Part shown: in pieces, positions 11,155 to 19,772 of the stretch
How the letters are laid out: each line of letters starts with the position of its first letter
Numbering within the stretch: the first letter of the stretch is position 1
Assembly: GCA_963834935.1 (NCBI GenBank)
Contig: CAWIDS010000001.1
Coordinates: 367,642-431,641 of the forward strand
Reading direction: 5' to 3'
DNA length: 64,000 nt
Source: Candidatus Nomurabacteria bacterium
GTDB lineage: Bacteria > Patescibacteriota > Minisyncoccia > Phycocordibacterales > CALRBL01
The notes under the pieces: generated by a model
The model's input: only the letters and a program-made list of their open reading frames with translations
What the model was told of the DNA's origin: nothing
Databases searched by the model: none
Translations under genes and position numbers: made by a program

Positions 11155-11734
11155 ATTTTGTGAATCTTTTCTCAACGGTTGCCCAATTGAGATTTTCGAA
11201 GAAAGCATCGATGTATTTCTTCTTATCCCCAGGCACGTAATCGAAAAGGTATGAATGTTCCCACATGTCGAGAGCGAGGATGATGTCGACGCTGTTTAGT
11301 TGTCCGAGATGTTGTTCATCCACCCACGAGTGCACGAGGCGATCGTTCTTCTTGTCGTATGAAAGGATTGCCCAACCGATGCCTCGAGTGAGAGCGATCG
11401 CCTTGAAGCGCGCAAGCCATGCGTCGAATGATCCCCATTCGGCGGCAAGAGCTTCCTTGAGGGAAGAGATGTCCTGATTTGCTCCGCCTTCGAATTGCTC
11501 GAAATAATATTCGTGATTCTTCATTCCGCAGAATTCGAAACCGAAGCGCCTCTGCATCTCGCTGATGGCATACGAATTCTTTTCAGGATCCGCGCCGAGC
11601 TCATTTATCTTCTCGATGATGAGGTTTGCATGCTTCACGTAGCCAGTGTAGAGCTTTATGTGTTCGTCGATCGTTTTCGCCGATATTCCTTTAAGTTCAG
11701 GAATAGTAAAAGTCCTTGCTTCAAATGTTTTCAT
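11153..11734 (-). CDS. sod: Fe/Mn superoxide dismutase
   Basis: NHEYYF, GIGWAIL, LDMWEHSY metal-ligand motifs. Confidence 0.9.
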   Translation of the reverse strand: MKTFEARTFTIPELKGISAKTIDEHIKLYTGYVKHANLIIEKINELGADPEKNSYAISEMQRRFGFEFCGMKNHEYYFEQFEGGANQDISSLKEALAAEWGSFDAWLARFKAIALTRGIGWAILSYDKKNDRLVHSWVDEQHLGQLNSVDIILALDMWEHSYLFDYVPGDKKKYIDAFFENLNWATVEKRFTK

Positions 11735-11775
11735 ATTTTTTAAGGTTAGCTGATAAGTACAGCTAGTATATCAAA

Positions 11776-12018
11776 TTAGATCAAACCTGCTTCTTTGAGC
11801 GTGGCAAAAGCGCCTTTTTTCTGGATAGTCTTGATAGCCTTGGTTGAAAGTGTGAGAGTGATGCTTTTCTGGAGCTCAGGAACAAAGATCTTCTTTTTCT
11901 GAAGATTGGCATAGCGTCGTCGCATTCCGGTAGGGTTGAACTGGGTAGCACGAGTGCGGTTTGAGTATCCGCCTCCGTTGATGCTTCCTTTATTTGTTAC
12001 TGCGCATGTTTTGGCCAT
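11776..12018 (-). CDS. rpmB: 50S ribosomal protein L28
   Basis: MAKTC..., RRYANLQKKK, LSTKAIKT. Confidence 0.9.
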   Translation of the reverse strand: MAKTCAVTNKGSINGGGYSNRTRATQFNPTGMRRRYANLQKKKIFVPELQKSITLTLSTKAIKTIQKKGAFATLKEAGLI

Positions 12019-12051
12019 AAGTGAGAGTCATGCTAACATATCTTCCATATT

Positions 12052-12675
12052 ATGCAAGGTACCCTTACAGACACCATTTTCTATATAATCGTCCTTATTT
12101 TCTCTATTGTCGTCCATGAAGTATCACATGGACTGATGGCTCAAAGGCTTGGCGACAAGACCGCTGAGTACGAGGGAAGGCTTACTTTAAACCCTATTCC
12201 GCACATTGATCTCGTCGGTTCCATCATCTTGCCACTGATTCTTATCCTTTCTGGATCGCCTATCTTGGTTGGCTGGGCGAAGCCAGTTCCTTATAATCCA
12301 TACAATTTCTACGATAAGCCCTGGATCAAGAAATGGGGAGAAGCGTTGGTTGCTATTGCCGGTCCTGCATCAAATATAGCCATAGCCCTTTTTTTCGGCC
12401 TTTTTCTGCGTTTTTTTAATCTTCTCCCCGCTGCAACGCCTCTTATTCAGACCATCATCTTAGTCAATATCGTCTTGGCGACATTTAATCTCGTTCCGCT
12501 CCCACCTCTCGACGGATCGAAGATCCTCTTCGCCTTCTTTCCGCTTCCGTGGGCACGTTTTCGCTTCCTTCTCGAGAAGCATTCTTTGGTTATCTCGCTC
12601 ATATTCATCCTTTTCTTGTGGCAGTTTTTTTCGCCTTTGATTTTCATTATTTATAGATTTATAGTAGGTGCATAA
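12052..12675 (+). CDS. Site-2 protease (M50) family intramembrane metalloprotease
   Basis: HEVSH, AGPASN, NLVPLPPLDG. Confidence 0.93.
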   Translation: MQGTLTDTIFYIIVLIFSIVVHEVSHGLMAQRLGDKTAEYEGRLTLNPIPHIDLVGSIILPLILILSGSPILVGWAKPVPYNPYNFYDKPWIKKWGEALVAIAGPASNIAIALFFGLFLRFFNLLPAATPLIQTIILVNIVLATFNLVPLPPLDGSKILFAFFPLPWARFRFLLEKHSLVISLIFILFLWQFFSPLIFIIYRFIVGA

Positions 12676-12748
12676 AATTTTTAAAGCAATAAAAAACCGT
12701 CACAAGCTTGTTTTGTGACGGGAGTGATAGTAGTGAGAAGTCAGAGCC

Positions 12749-12859
12749 TCACTTCCTGGACCTTGGGGAAGTAAGTTTTTTCTCCAGGTTATCGCGAAAT
12801 TGTCTCACGCTACCAAGGGCAGTTGCCGCAAAGTCATTGTAACCCATGGAGTGTTCCAT
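12749..12859 (-). CDS. Putative 36-aa small protein (MEHSMGYNDFAATALGSVRQFRDNLEKKLTSPRSRK)
   Basis: Translated by hand; followed by minus-strand terminator 12691-12721. Confidence 0.35.
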   Translation of the reverse strand: MEHSMGYNDFAATALGSVRQFRDNLEKKLTSPRSRK

Positions 12860-12917
12860 TTCCAGCTGTTTATGCAATACGACAAAAGGTTAACATGTAA
12901 AAAAATTAGCCAATATG

Positions 12918-12946
12918 TTGCGTATTATAAGGTTGTATAGTATAGT
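12918..12946 (+). promoter_or_regulatory. sigma70 promoter of str operon
   Basis: TTGCGT-N17-TATAGT upstream of rpsL. Confidence 0.65.
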
Positions 12947-13076
12947 CTCCCTCACGTGTTCGGCCCCTTCGCGAATGCTTATTATCAAGAAGATAAGAAT
13001 GAGTAACTGACCTCTCGCACTAAGCGGAAGGGATGTGAAAACGCAGTCTTATCAAACCGTAACAAAAAAATTAACA

Positions 13077-13493
13077 ATGCCTACAGTCAACCAACTAGTG
13101 AAGCGAAATCGCAAAAAGACAGCTCGAAAGCCAAAAGCGGTCGCTTTGCAGCGAAGTTTTAACTCGCTCAAGAACCGTCCTCGTTTCTACCCGTCTCCTT
13201 TCAAGCGAGGTGTGTGTACAAAAGTGACCACAAAGACTCCTAAGAAGCCTAACTCAGCTATTCGAAAGATCGCCCGAGTGCGACTTACTAATGGAATGGA
13301 AGTTACTGCCTACATTCCCGGAATGGGCCACGCTCTTCAAGAGCACTCAGTGGTTCTTCTTCGAGGAGGAAAAGTGAAAGACGTCGGAATCCGATACACT
13401 ATCGTCCGAGGAAAGCTTGATGCCACAGCAGTAGATAAACGAATGAAGGGTCGAAGCATGTACGGAGCTAAGAAGCCTAAGAAAGGAAAGTAA
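13077..13493 (+). CDS. rpsL: 30S ribosomal protein S12
   Basis: [20 protein letters not shown] motifs. Confidence 0.98.
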   Translation: MPTVNQLVKRNRKKTARKPKAVALQRSFNSLKNRPRFYPSPFKRGVCTKVTTKTPKKPNSAIRKIARVRLTNGMEVTAYIPGMGHALQEHSVVLLRGGKVKDVGIRYTIVRGKLDATAVDKRMKGRSMYGAKKPKKGK

Positions 13494-13510
13494 AATCTAA
13501 TTAAATATTT

Positions 13511-13981
13511 ATGCGAAGAAAAATAAAAAAACAGCCAGCTCCCGGTCCTGATGTTATCTACCAATCTGAAAAAGTTTCGAAGTTCGTCAACTACGTTATG
13601 GAACGAGGAAAGAAAGCGGTTGCTCGAAAAGTGGTTTACGATGCTTTCCAGGCTATCAAAGATAAAGAAAAAGTAGAGAATCCTCTCGAAGTCTTTGATA
13701 CAGCTCTAAAAAACACTGCTCCTTCAATGGAAGTCCGCTCACGACGAGTTGGAGGCGCCAACTATCAGGTCCCTCGAGAAGTTCGAGAAGTTCGACGAAA
13801 TTTCCTTTCAATGAAATGGATCATCGACGCCGCTCGATCAAAGAAAGGCCAGCCTATGCACTTGAAACTCGCTGATGAAATCATCCTTGCTTCAAAGAAC
13901 GAAGGTGAAGCCGTAAAGAAACGAGAAAACACTCACAAGATGGCCGAAGCCAACAAGGCTTTCGCACACTTTGCTTGGTAA
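13511..13981 (+). CDS. rpsG: 30S ribosomal protein S7
   Basis: RRVGGANYQVP, HKMAEANKAFAHF. Confidence 0.98.
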   Translation: MRRKIKKQPAPGPDVIYQSEKVSKFVNYVMERGKKAVARKVVYDAFQAIKDKEKVENPLEVFDTALKNTAPSMEVRSRRVGGANYQVPREVREVRRNFLSMKWIIDAARSKKGQPMHLKLADEIILASKNEGEAVKKRENTHKMAEANKAFAHFAW

Positions 13982-13988
13982 AAACTAC

Positions 13989-14080
13989 GCTTTGTCATTT
14001 ATTTAAAATACACGCATAATTTCTGCTGAAATTTGCTCTGCTCGTGCACTGCGCAAGGTATTTTAAATAAATAACAAAGC
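13989..14080. repeat. 92-bp inverted-repeat element (23-bp arms, 1 mismatch)
   Basis: GCTTTGTCATTTATTTAAAATAC ... GTATTTTAAATAAATAACAAAGC. Confidence 0.85.
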
Positions 14081-14087
14081 TCCGTTC

Positions 14088-14116
14088 ACAAAAAACTCCC
14101 AATGGGAGTTTTTTGT
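14088..14116 (+). terminator. Intrinsic terminator after rpsG
   Basis: CAAAAAACTCCC-AAT-GGGAGTTTTTTG. Confidence 0.75.
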
Positions 14117-14138
14117 TTTTGTGTTAACATTTCTGTAG

Positions 14139-14322
14139 ATGAAAAAACGCTCTTGTATTTGTTGCGGAACTCAAATCGAAGAATGTATGGGTTTTTGTAA
14201 TCGCCCGAGATATACTCAAACTTTTCGAAGGAATAATTTCCGGAGAACAGATCAATGAAGTTTGCGGCAAATGTGCTCTTGGACATGAAGATGAAATCCT
14301 AACTCAACTCGGTCCTGTGTGA
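14139..14322 (+). CDS. Putative 60-aa zinc-ribbon protein with 1-bp frameshift in T-run 14192-14196
   Basis: Removing one T gives MKKRSCICCGTQ...EVCGKCALG...GPV (two CxxC); -10 TAACAT upstream; terminator at stop. Confidence 0.55.
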
Positions 14323-14372
14323 CCGTTTTTTTATTTTGCTTTTTGATGGAAAAGGTGTATAAGGAATTCAGT

Positions 14373-14831
14373 ATGTTTTTTAGTTTTGAATACTTCCTAG
14401 TGGTTTGGCTTTCCTCGTCCAAAAAAGTTCAATCTTGGTTGGTAGTCTGCTGGCTCTATGGGCGATACCAAGAAGAAGATGCTTACGAAAGTTTTCTTCG
14501 TCGCCCGCTACAGGAGATAGAGAGAATCCTAAGGGTATACGTTCTTGATGTTGAGTTTCGTCAGTTATTTTCTGTGGCGGGCTTGGGTATTGATGAAGAA
14601 AGCCGAAGTAGAAAAGGTTTTCCCTTATTCTATATTCGTATCAATCAAGATCTTGACCCAGACACTCAGCTTGAAGGACTTCTTCATGAAATACTTCATA
14701 TTGCTTGTCTTGAATACGGCGCGGTTTCTCCTGACGAAGCGAGGCTCACACAGACTGTCCAAAGAATCCTTAATCGGAAAAATAGGATAAAGATCCAAAA
14801 AATTTTTAGCCACTCAATCCAAACGGATTGA
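14373..14831 (+). CDS. Hypothetical HExxH zincin (ImmA/IrrE-like) protein
   Basis: IRINQDLD...LLHEILH motif; terminator ACTCAATCC-AAAC-GGATTGAGT-TTTTT. Confidence 0.55.
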   Translation: MFFSFEYFLVVWLSSSKKVQSWLVVCWLYGRYQEEDAYESFLRRPLQEIERILRVYVLDVEFRQLFSVAGLGIDEESRSRKGFPLFYIRINQDLDPDTQLEGLLHEILHIACLEYGAVSPDEARLTQTVQRILNRKNRIKIQKIFSHSIQTD

Positions 14832-14883
14832 GTTTTTTATTTAACGAAGAAAGCTGTCTCCTTTTGAGGGGTGACAGCTTTTG

Positions 14884-14998
14884 TGTTCTTGTTGCTTTCG
14901 CCGGAGTAAACTCCGACCAATTTTCGGGACGAATCCCTATTCTGGAAACTTGCGCTCCGAACCCCTTCTTTTTTTAAGTTGGTTTGGCAACAAGAACA
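14884..14998 (-). ncRNA. Candidate orphan structured ncRNA (~115 nt)
   Basis: TTGACA-N16-TAGAAT promoter; perfect 12-bp closing stem; GCAA and UUCG tetraloop hairpins; terminator 14849-14882. Confidence 0.65.
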
Positions 14999-15110
14999 AG
15001 TACATTCTATATTATTGAAATACCCTGTCAAATATTTTTTTTTGGGGAAATAAAAAACCTCACTATTTCTAGTGAGGACATCAGGAGTTTTTTATTTTCA
15101 ATACACGATT

Positions 15111-15362
15111 CTATTCGACCAGTTGCCAGGTAGGAATAGAGGTACCTTCAATTGCTTGGCATTTCCATTCAGGATGCTTGGTGATCATCGCGAGCGTACC
15201 TTCGACTCCACGAGGAAGCTTTGCATCCATCAGCCGGACGTACTCTTCAGAGATGGTTTCTTTTATTTTTTGCCAGCTTTCCACCGAATGGGAATCTGGG
15301 TTTAAGGGTGAAATGACAACCGCTTGGTGGTCACCTGGCAACAAGAGAACTATTGGTTTCAT
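15111..15362 (-). CDS. Hypothetical protein (83 aa)
   Basis: ORF with -10 TACTAT 8 nt before ATG and downstream hairpin-T tract. Confidence 0.55.
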   Translation of the reverse strand: MKPIVLLLPGDHQAVVISPLNPDSHSVESWQKIKETISEEYVRLMDAKLPRGVEGTLAMITKHPEWKCQAIEGTSIPTWQLVE

Positions 15363-15404
15363 TCACCTCGATAGTACATAACTATCTATAATAAGTAAAA
15401 TATC

Positions 15405-16064
15405 TTATTCTAAATCCTCCGGACTCGTAATCTGCTTCCAAAAGGTTGAATAATGTATCTTTATCGGTCGATCGCCAACAGCTTTACTAAATGTCTGAGG
15501 AAGGCCGAATTCATTGCTTCCATTCAGGCGCGCCATTTCGTAATTGAAAATTTCAGGGCAGAGGACACAGGCGCCGGTATAAGTGAGATTTGAAGGAATG
15601 ATATTTTCCTTATCCTCGACGATTTCTTTGAGACAATTGTTTTCATCGACTATTATCTTTCCACCACTTCGTCTCTCTTCTGATTTGTTAACCAAGATCG
15701 CCCAGTCTTTTTCTGATACGAGTTTTTCCAAATCTTCTTTCGAATAAATGTCGTCGCCCATAAGGACGAGGAATTCTTCAGTAAGGAGTTGTTTTGCTTC
15801 GAGGAGGGAATGAGCTGTACCAAGCGCTTCTTTTTGTTCAATATAATGAACATTTCTTCCATTCCATGAATTGCCAAAATACCCCTTGATCTTGTCACCA
15901 AGATAGCCGATTACCAGTACAATATCGGTGATTTCATCGGGAAGTGCATCAAATTTATGTTCAAGTAGATTCTTTCCTTTATACACAAGCATCGGTTTTG
16001 GGGTGGCAATACTCAAATCTCCCATCCTTTTTCCTTTCCCAGCAGCCAGTATTACGCATTTCAT
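15405..16064 (-). CDS. Sugar-phosphate nucleotidyltransferase (NTP_transferase family)
   Basis: MKCVILAAGKGKRM...PKPM, EQKEALGTA, GDD. Confidence 0.9.
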   Translation of the reverse strand: MKCVILAAGKGKRMGDLSIATPKPMLVYKGKNLLEHKFDALPDEITDIVLVIGYLGDKIKGYFGNSWNGRNVHYIEQKEALGTAHSLLEAKQLLTEEFLVLMGDDIYSKEDLEKLVSEKDWAILVNKSEERRSGGKIIVDENNCLKEIVEDKENIIPSNLTYTGACVLCPEIFNYEMARLNGSNEFGLPQTFSKAVGDRPIKIHYSTFWKQITSPEDLE

Positions 16065-16077
16065 TATCGAAGATGAT

Positions 16078-16201
16078 ATCACACAGCTCTGGAAGTCGGT
16101 TATTTTCTTGTTCTGCTTTTATGTAGCGTTTAGGATATCCTTCCGTTCAAGCGTAGTAAAAGTACGAAGAAGAAAATAACCGACTTCCAGAGCTGTGTGA
16201 T
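16078..16201. repeat. 124-bp MITE-like element with perfect 32-bp terminal inverted repeats
   Basis: ATCACACAGCTCTGGAAGTCGGTTATTTTCTT (16078-16109) and its exact reverse complement (16170-16201). Confidence 0.9.
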
Positions 16202-16255
16202 TGCGTATTTCCCCAAATAATGTTATTTTTCTCCTACTACTAATTAATTATATTT

Positions 16256-18397
16256 ATGAATCGCGACTATCCCCTTGAACGAGTACGTAACTTTGGAATC
16301 ATAGCCCACATCGACGCCGGAAAAACCACAACTTCCGAGCGAATTTTGTATTACACAGGTATGTCACACAAGATCGGCGAGGTGCACGAAGGGGAAGCAA
16401 CCACCGACTGGATGGAACAGGAAAAGGAACGAGGAATCACCATCACTGCGGCTGCCATCACTTGTTTTTGGACACCTACCTACTTAGGTGCTGACAAGAC
16501 TCAAATGCATCGATTCAACATCATCGATACGCCTGGTCACGTAGACTTCACAGTGGAAGTGGAACGATCTCTCAAAGTGCTCGACGGAGGAGTCGTCGTA
16601 TTCGACGGAGTTGCCGGCGTAGAGCCACAATCCGAGACAGTATGGCGACAGGCCGACAAATATCACGTACCTCGAATCTGCTTCATCAACAAGCTTGACC
16701 GAACAGGAGGATCGTTCGAACGATCATTCCAGTCAATTATCGACCGACTCACTAAGAAAGCGGTCCGAATGCAGCTTCCTATCGGTGAAGAAGGGGCTTT
16801 TGAAGAAGTCATAGACCTCTTAAAAATGAAGGCCTATGCCTTTGAAGGGGATATGGGTAACAAGATCATCGAAAAAGATATCCCTGAATCACATATGGCT
16901 GATGCTGTTAAATACCGAGCAGAACTTGTTGAGAAAATCGTTGAACACGATGACGAAGCGATGACAGATTTCCTTGAAGGAAAGGAAATCGAAATCGACC
17001 GATTGAAGAAGATTCTTCGAAAGGCAACTATTGCAAATCATATTTTTCCTGTATTCACCGGATCTGCCCTCAAGAATAGGGGTGTACAGCTTGTTCTCGA
17101 CGCCGTCGTTGAATATCTTCCATCTCCTCTCGATATTCCTCCAGTGAAGGGAATCGATCCTAATACCGACGAAGAAACATTCCGAAAGCCGTCAGATGAA
17201 GAGCCTTTTGCCGCTCTTGCTTTCAAACTTCAGTCAGATCCATTCGTCGGACAGCTCACTTTCTTCCGTGTTTACTCAGGAACGATCGAAGCTGGTTCAT
17301 ATATATACAACTCAACAACAGGTCAGAAGGAACGACTCGGACGAATCGTACGACTTCAAGCCAATAAGCGTGAAGAAGTGAAAAAAGTCTTCGCAGGAGA
17401 AATCGCCGCAGCCGTAGGACTGAAAGATGCGAAGACTTCGCACACATTTTGTGATGAAGCTCATCCGATCATCCTTGATCCAATCAAATTCGCTGAACCG
17501 GTGGTATCTCTTCGTATCGAACCCGCAACTAAAGCTGATCAGGAAAAAATGGGTATGGCTCTCAAGAAGCTTTCAGATGAAGATCCTACATTCCGAATCT
17601 CTTCAAACCCTGAAACGATGGAAACTATCATCTCCGGAATGGGAGAGCTTCACCTCGAAATCATGGTAGACCGAATGAAGAGGGAATTCAGCGTCAATGC
17701 GAACGTCGGCAAGCCTCAGGTAGCCTATCGAGAGACGATTCTTGGTTCTGCCGAAGAAGAATATAAATATATCAAGCAGTCAGGAGGAAAGGGACAGTAT
17801 GGTCACGTCAAGATTATTATCAAGCCGATGGAACCTCTTGTTGAAGGAGCCAAAATTCCAAAGAACGTAAAGCGTTATGAAGACTTCGAATTCATCGACA
17901 GCATCAAGGGAGGAGTCATTCCTCAGGAGTTCATTCCAGCCGTTGAAAAGGGTGTACGTGAAGCGATGGAGCGCGGAATCTCCGCTGGTTTCAAAATGGT
18001 CAACATTTCCTGCGAACTTATTTTCGGTTCATACCACGATGTGGACTCGTCCGAAATCGCCTACAAGATCGCCGCTTCCCAAGCATTCCAAGCTGCTGCC
18101 AAAAAAGCCCGTCCCGTCATTCTCGAGCCGATCATGAAAGTGGAAGTGGTCGTTCCGGAGAAATTCATGGGAGACATCACCGGAAACTTGAACTCAAAGC
18201 GTGCTCAGATTGAAGGAATGGAAGATCGAAACCTTCTGAAGGTCATCAAGGCCAAGGTGCCACTTTCTGAAATGTTCGGTTACACTACTACTCTTCGGTC
18301 AATGACTGAAGGACGAGGAAGCGCAACCATGGAATTCGACCACTACGATGTCGTTCCTCCTCATGTCGCTTCGACTATTGCTGAAGCGAGGAAATAA
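16256..18397 (+). CDS. fusA: Elongation factor G
   Basis: [34 protein letters not shown]. Confidence 0.99.
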   Translation: MNRDYPLERVRNFGIIAHIDAGKTTTSERILYYTGMSHKIGEVHEGEATTDWMEQEKERGITITAAAITCFWTPTYLGADKTQMHRFNIIDTPGHVDFTVEVERSLKVLDGGVVVFDGVAGVEPQSETVWRQADKYHVPRICFINKLDRTGGSFERSFQSIIDRLTKKAVRMQLPIGEEGAFEEVIDLLKMKAYAFEGDMGNKIIEKDIPESHMADAVKYRAELVEKIVEHDDEAMTDFLEGKEIEIDRLKKILRKATIANHIFPVFTGSALKNRGVQLVLDAVVEYLPSPLDIPPVKGIDPNTDEETFRKPSDEEPFAALAFKLQSDPFVGQLTFFRVYSGTIEAGSYIYNSTTGQKERLGRIVRLQANKREEVKKVFAGEIAAAVGLKDAKTSHTFCDEAHPIILDPIKFAEPVVSLRIEPATKADQEKMGMALKKLSDEDPTFRISSNPETMETIISGMGELHLEIMVDRMKREFSVNANVGKPQVAYRETILGSAEEEYKYIKQSGGKGQYGHVKIIIKPMEPLVEGAKIPKNVKRYEDFEFIDSIKGGVIPQEFIPAVEKGVREAMERGISAGFKMVNISCELIFGSYHDVDSSEIAYKIAASQAFQAAAKKARPVILEPIMKVEVVVPEKFMGDITGNLNSKRAQIEGMEDRNLLKVIKAKVPLSEMFGYTTTLRSMTEGRGSATMEFDHYDVVPPHVASTIAEARK

Positions 18398-18410
18398 ACG
18401 AAATTAAAAT

Positions 18411-18444
18411 AAAAAAGAGACCGAGGCGTGAGCCTCGGTCTTTT
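18411..18444. terminator. Bidirectional terminator after fusA
   Basis: AAAAAAGAGACCGAGGC-GTGA-GCCTCGGTCTTTT. Confidence 0.8.
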
Positions 18445-18446
18445 GG

Positions 18447-18803
18447 TTATAGCTTCAGTCTTGAAGGATAGGAATTGAGGAACACTCCGTAACAGAGACG
18501 TTTGCGGAACTTTAATGCTTCAAGCTGGCTGATGCTGCGCTTCCTTCTGTGGATCTCTTCGATCACATCATGGCATGAAGTATTCTTCTCTCCGATCCGG
18601 AGAGGAACGATTGCCATGCTTTCCTTCTCGTTCAGGAATCTTTTGATCAGCCGGCCGATATCAGGAAGAATTACAGTCTGGATTGAGCTCGCCCTTATCC
18701 CGTAAAATCGGCGGAAATGAAGAGCAAGCTCTTCTCCTGTAGCATGATTCCTGAGCCCTAGCGCAAAAATGACACCTGTCTCTCGTCGTACTCTTGTATG
18801 CAT
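18447..18803 (-). CDS. Hypothetical protein (118 aa)
   Basis: ORF with TTGATT-N17-TAACAT promoter and terminator. Confidence 0.55.
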   Translation of the reverse strand: MHTRVRRETGVIFALGLRNHATGEELALHFRRFYGIRASSIQTVILPDIGRLIKRFLNEKESMAIVPLRIGEKNTSCHDVIEEIHRRKRSISQLEALKFRKRLCYGVFLNSYPSRLKL

Positions 18804-18897
18804 ATCTCAGTGCGATGTTACTCTCAATATTCCAAAAATCAAGCAAATAAAAAAGCGCCTTTTAAGGGGCGCAGGTTTGGGAAGGCTATCAGGATGC

Positions 18898-19677
18898 TCA
18901 GGAACCGCCAATAGGCACGACCCCTCCTTTTTCATCAGGAGCAGTCCTGACGGACTCGATGTATCGGGAAAGCTTCTCTTCATCGAAGAGAGACTGGAAT
19001 ACATTTCTTTGCCTGAGCGAAGGTTCTATCTCGTCGCCGACATAGAACCATGCTTGAGACATTCCTCTACGAATTTCACCGTTGACGAACGGATTTCCGT
19101 GGAGGTTGAGGTGTATCACGTCTTTCTCGCCGTTCTTGCCGACGCCGGTTATGAGGCGTTTCCTGACAAACTCTCCGTTTGCATGAATACCGGTCGGATC
19201 GGTCTTGAAGAACCTCTGGATCGGCAGGACGTAGCTTATCGGGCTATACTCAGTTGGTTCGAACATGAGCTCTCCTTCGATGAGGCCGATGTAGAGCGTG
19301 TAGTGCGTCCGATACTGCTCGCTTTGGACCATGCCAGTCTCTCTGGTCTCCGCCAAAAGCATAGCCAAGAGCTTGTCCTGGTTATTCCGGAGCTTCTTGT
19401 TGAGGATGAGGACAGGATCGATGCTTTCCCGCTTGAAGCCATAAAGGCGAAGAAGCTGATCGTGCAGAGGGTCGCCGGTAGTCTCACCAGCATCCAATTT
19501 CGCGATCATCGCTTCCTTTGCAACCTCAAGTTCTCGGCCGTAGCTTTCGCGGGTTTTTCTCATTCCTATTTCTGCTTGTCGCAGCGCTTCCTCAGATCTC
19601 AAGACTGCTTCTTTGAAAGCATTTGGTATCTTCAGGAAGTGTTCAGGATTCAGCGGTTCTTTCACATTTTCACTCAT
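18898..19677 (-). CDS. Hypothetical protein with N-terminal coiled coil
   Basis: Long ORF with protein-like composition; terminator at 18848-18871. Confidence 0.65.
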   Translation of the reverse strand: MSENVKEPLNPEHFLKIPNAFKEAVLRSEEALRQAEIGMRKTRESYGRELEVAKEAMIAKLDAGETTGDPLHDQLLRLYGFKRESIDPVLILNKKLRNNQDKLLAMLLAETRETGMVQSEQYRTHYTLYIGLIEGELMFEPTEYSPISYVLPIQRFFKTDPTGIHANGEFVRKRLITGVGKNGEKDVIHLNLHGNPFVNGEIRRGMSQAWFYVGDEIEPSLRQRNVFQSLFDEEKLSRYIESVRTAPDEKGGVVPIGGS

Positions 19678-19743
19678 AATTCGCAAAGTTCAGTCTAGGT
19701 TTAGGGTTTATCTCTTCCGAAACATTACTCTACCTTAGGGTAT

Positions 19744-19772
19744 TTGACAACAATCTTTCTTTTGTATACTAT
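19744..19772 (+). promoter_or_regulatory. sigma70 promoter for tuf-S10 operon
   Basis: TTGACA-N17-TACTAT. Confidence 0.7.

Noticed and set aside
14086-14286. 66-aa minus-strand ORF from the track
   Set aside because: Runs through a terminator; the plus strand has a better gene (paired CxxC, promoter, terminator)
14837-15031. 64-aa TTG-start ORF
   Set aside because: Its start codon is the -35 box and it reads through promoter, RNA stems and terminator; better explained as ncRNA
18769-19698. 309-aa plus-strand ORF
   Set aside because: Antisense shadow of the minus-strand gene, which has the terminator and more protein-like composition
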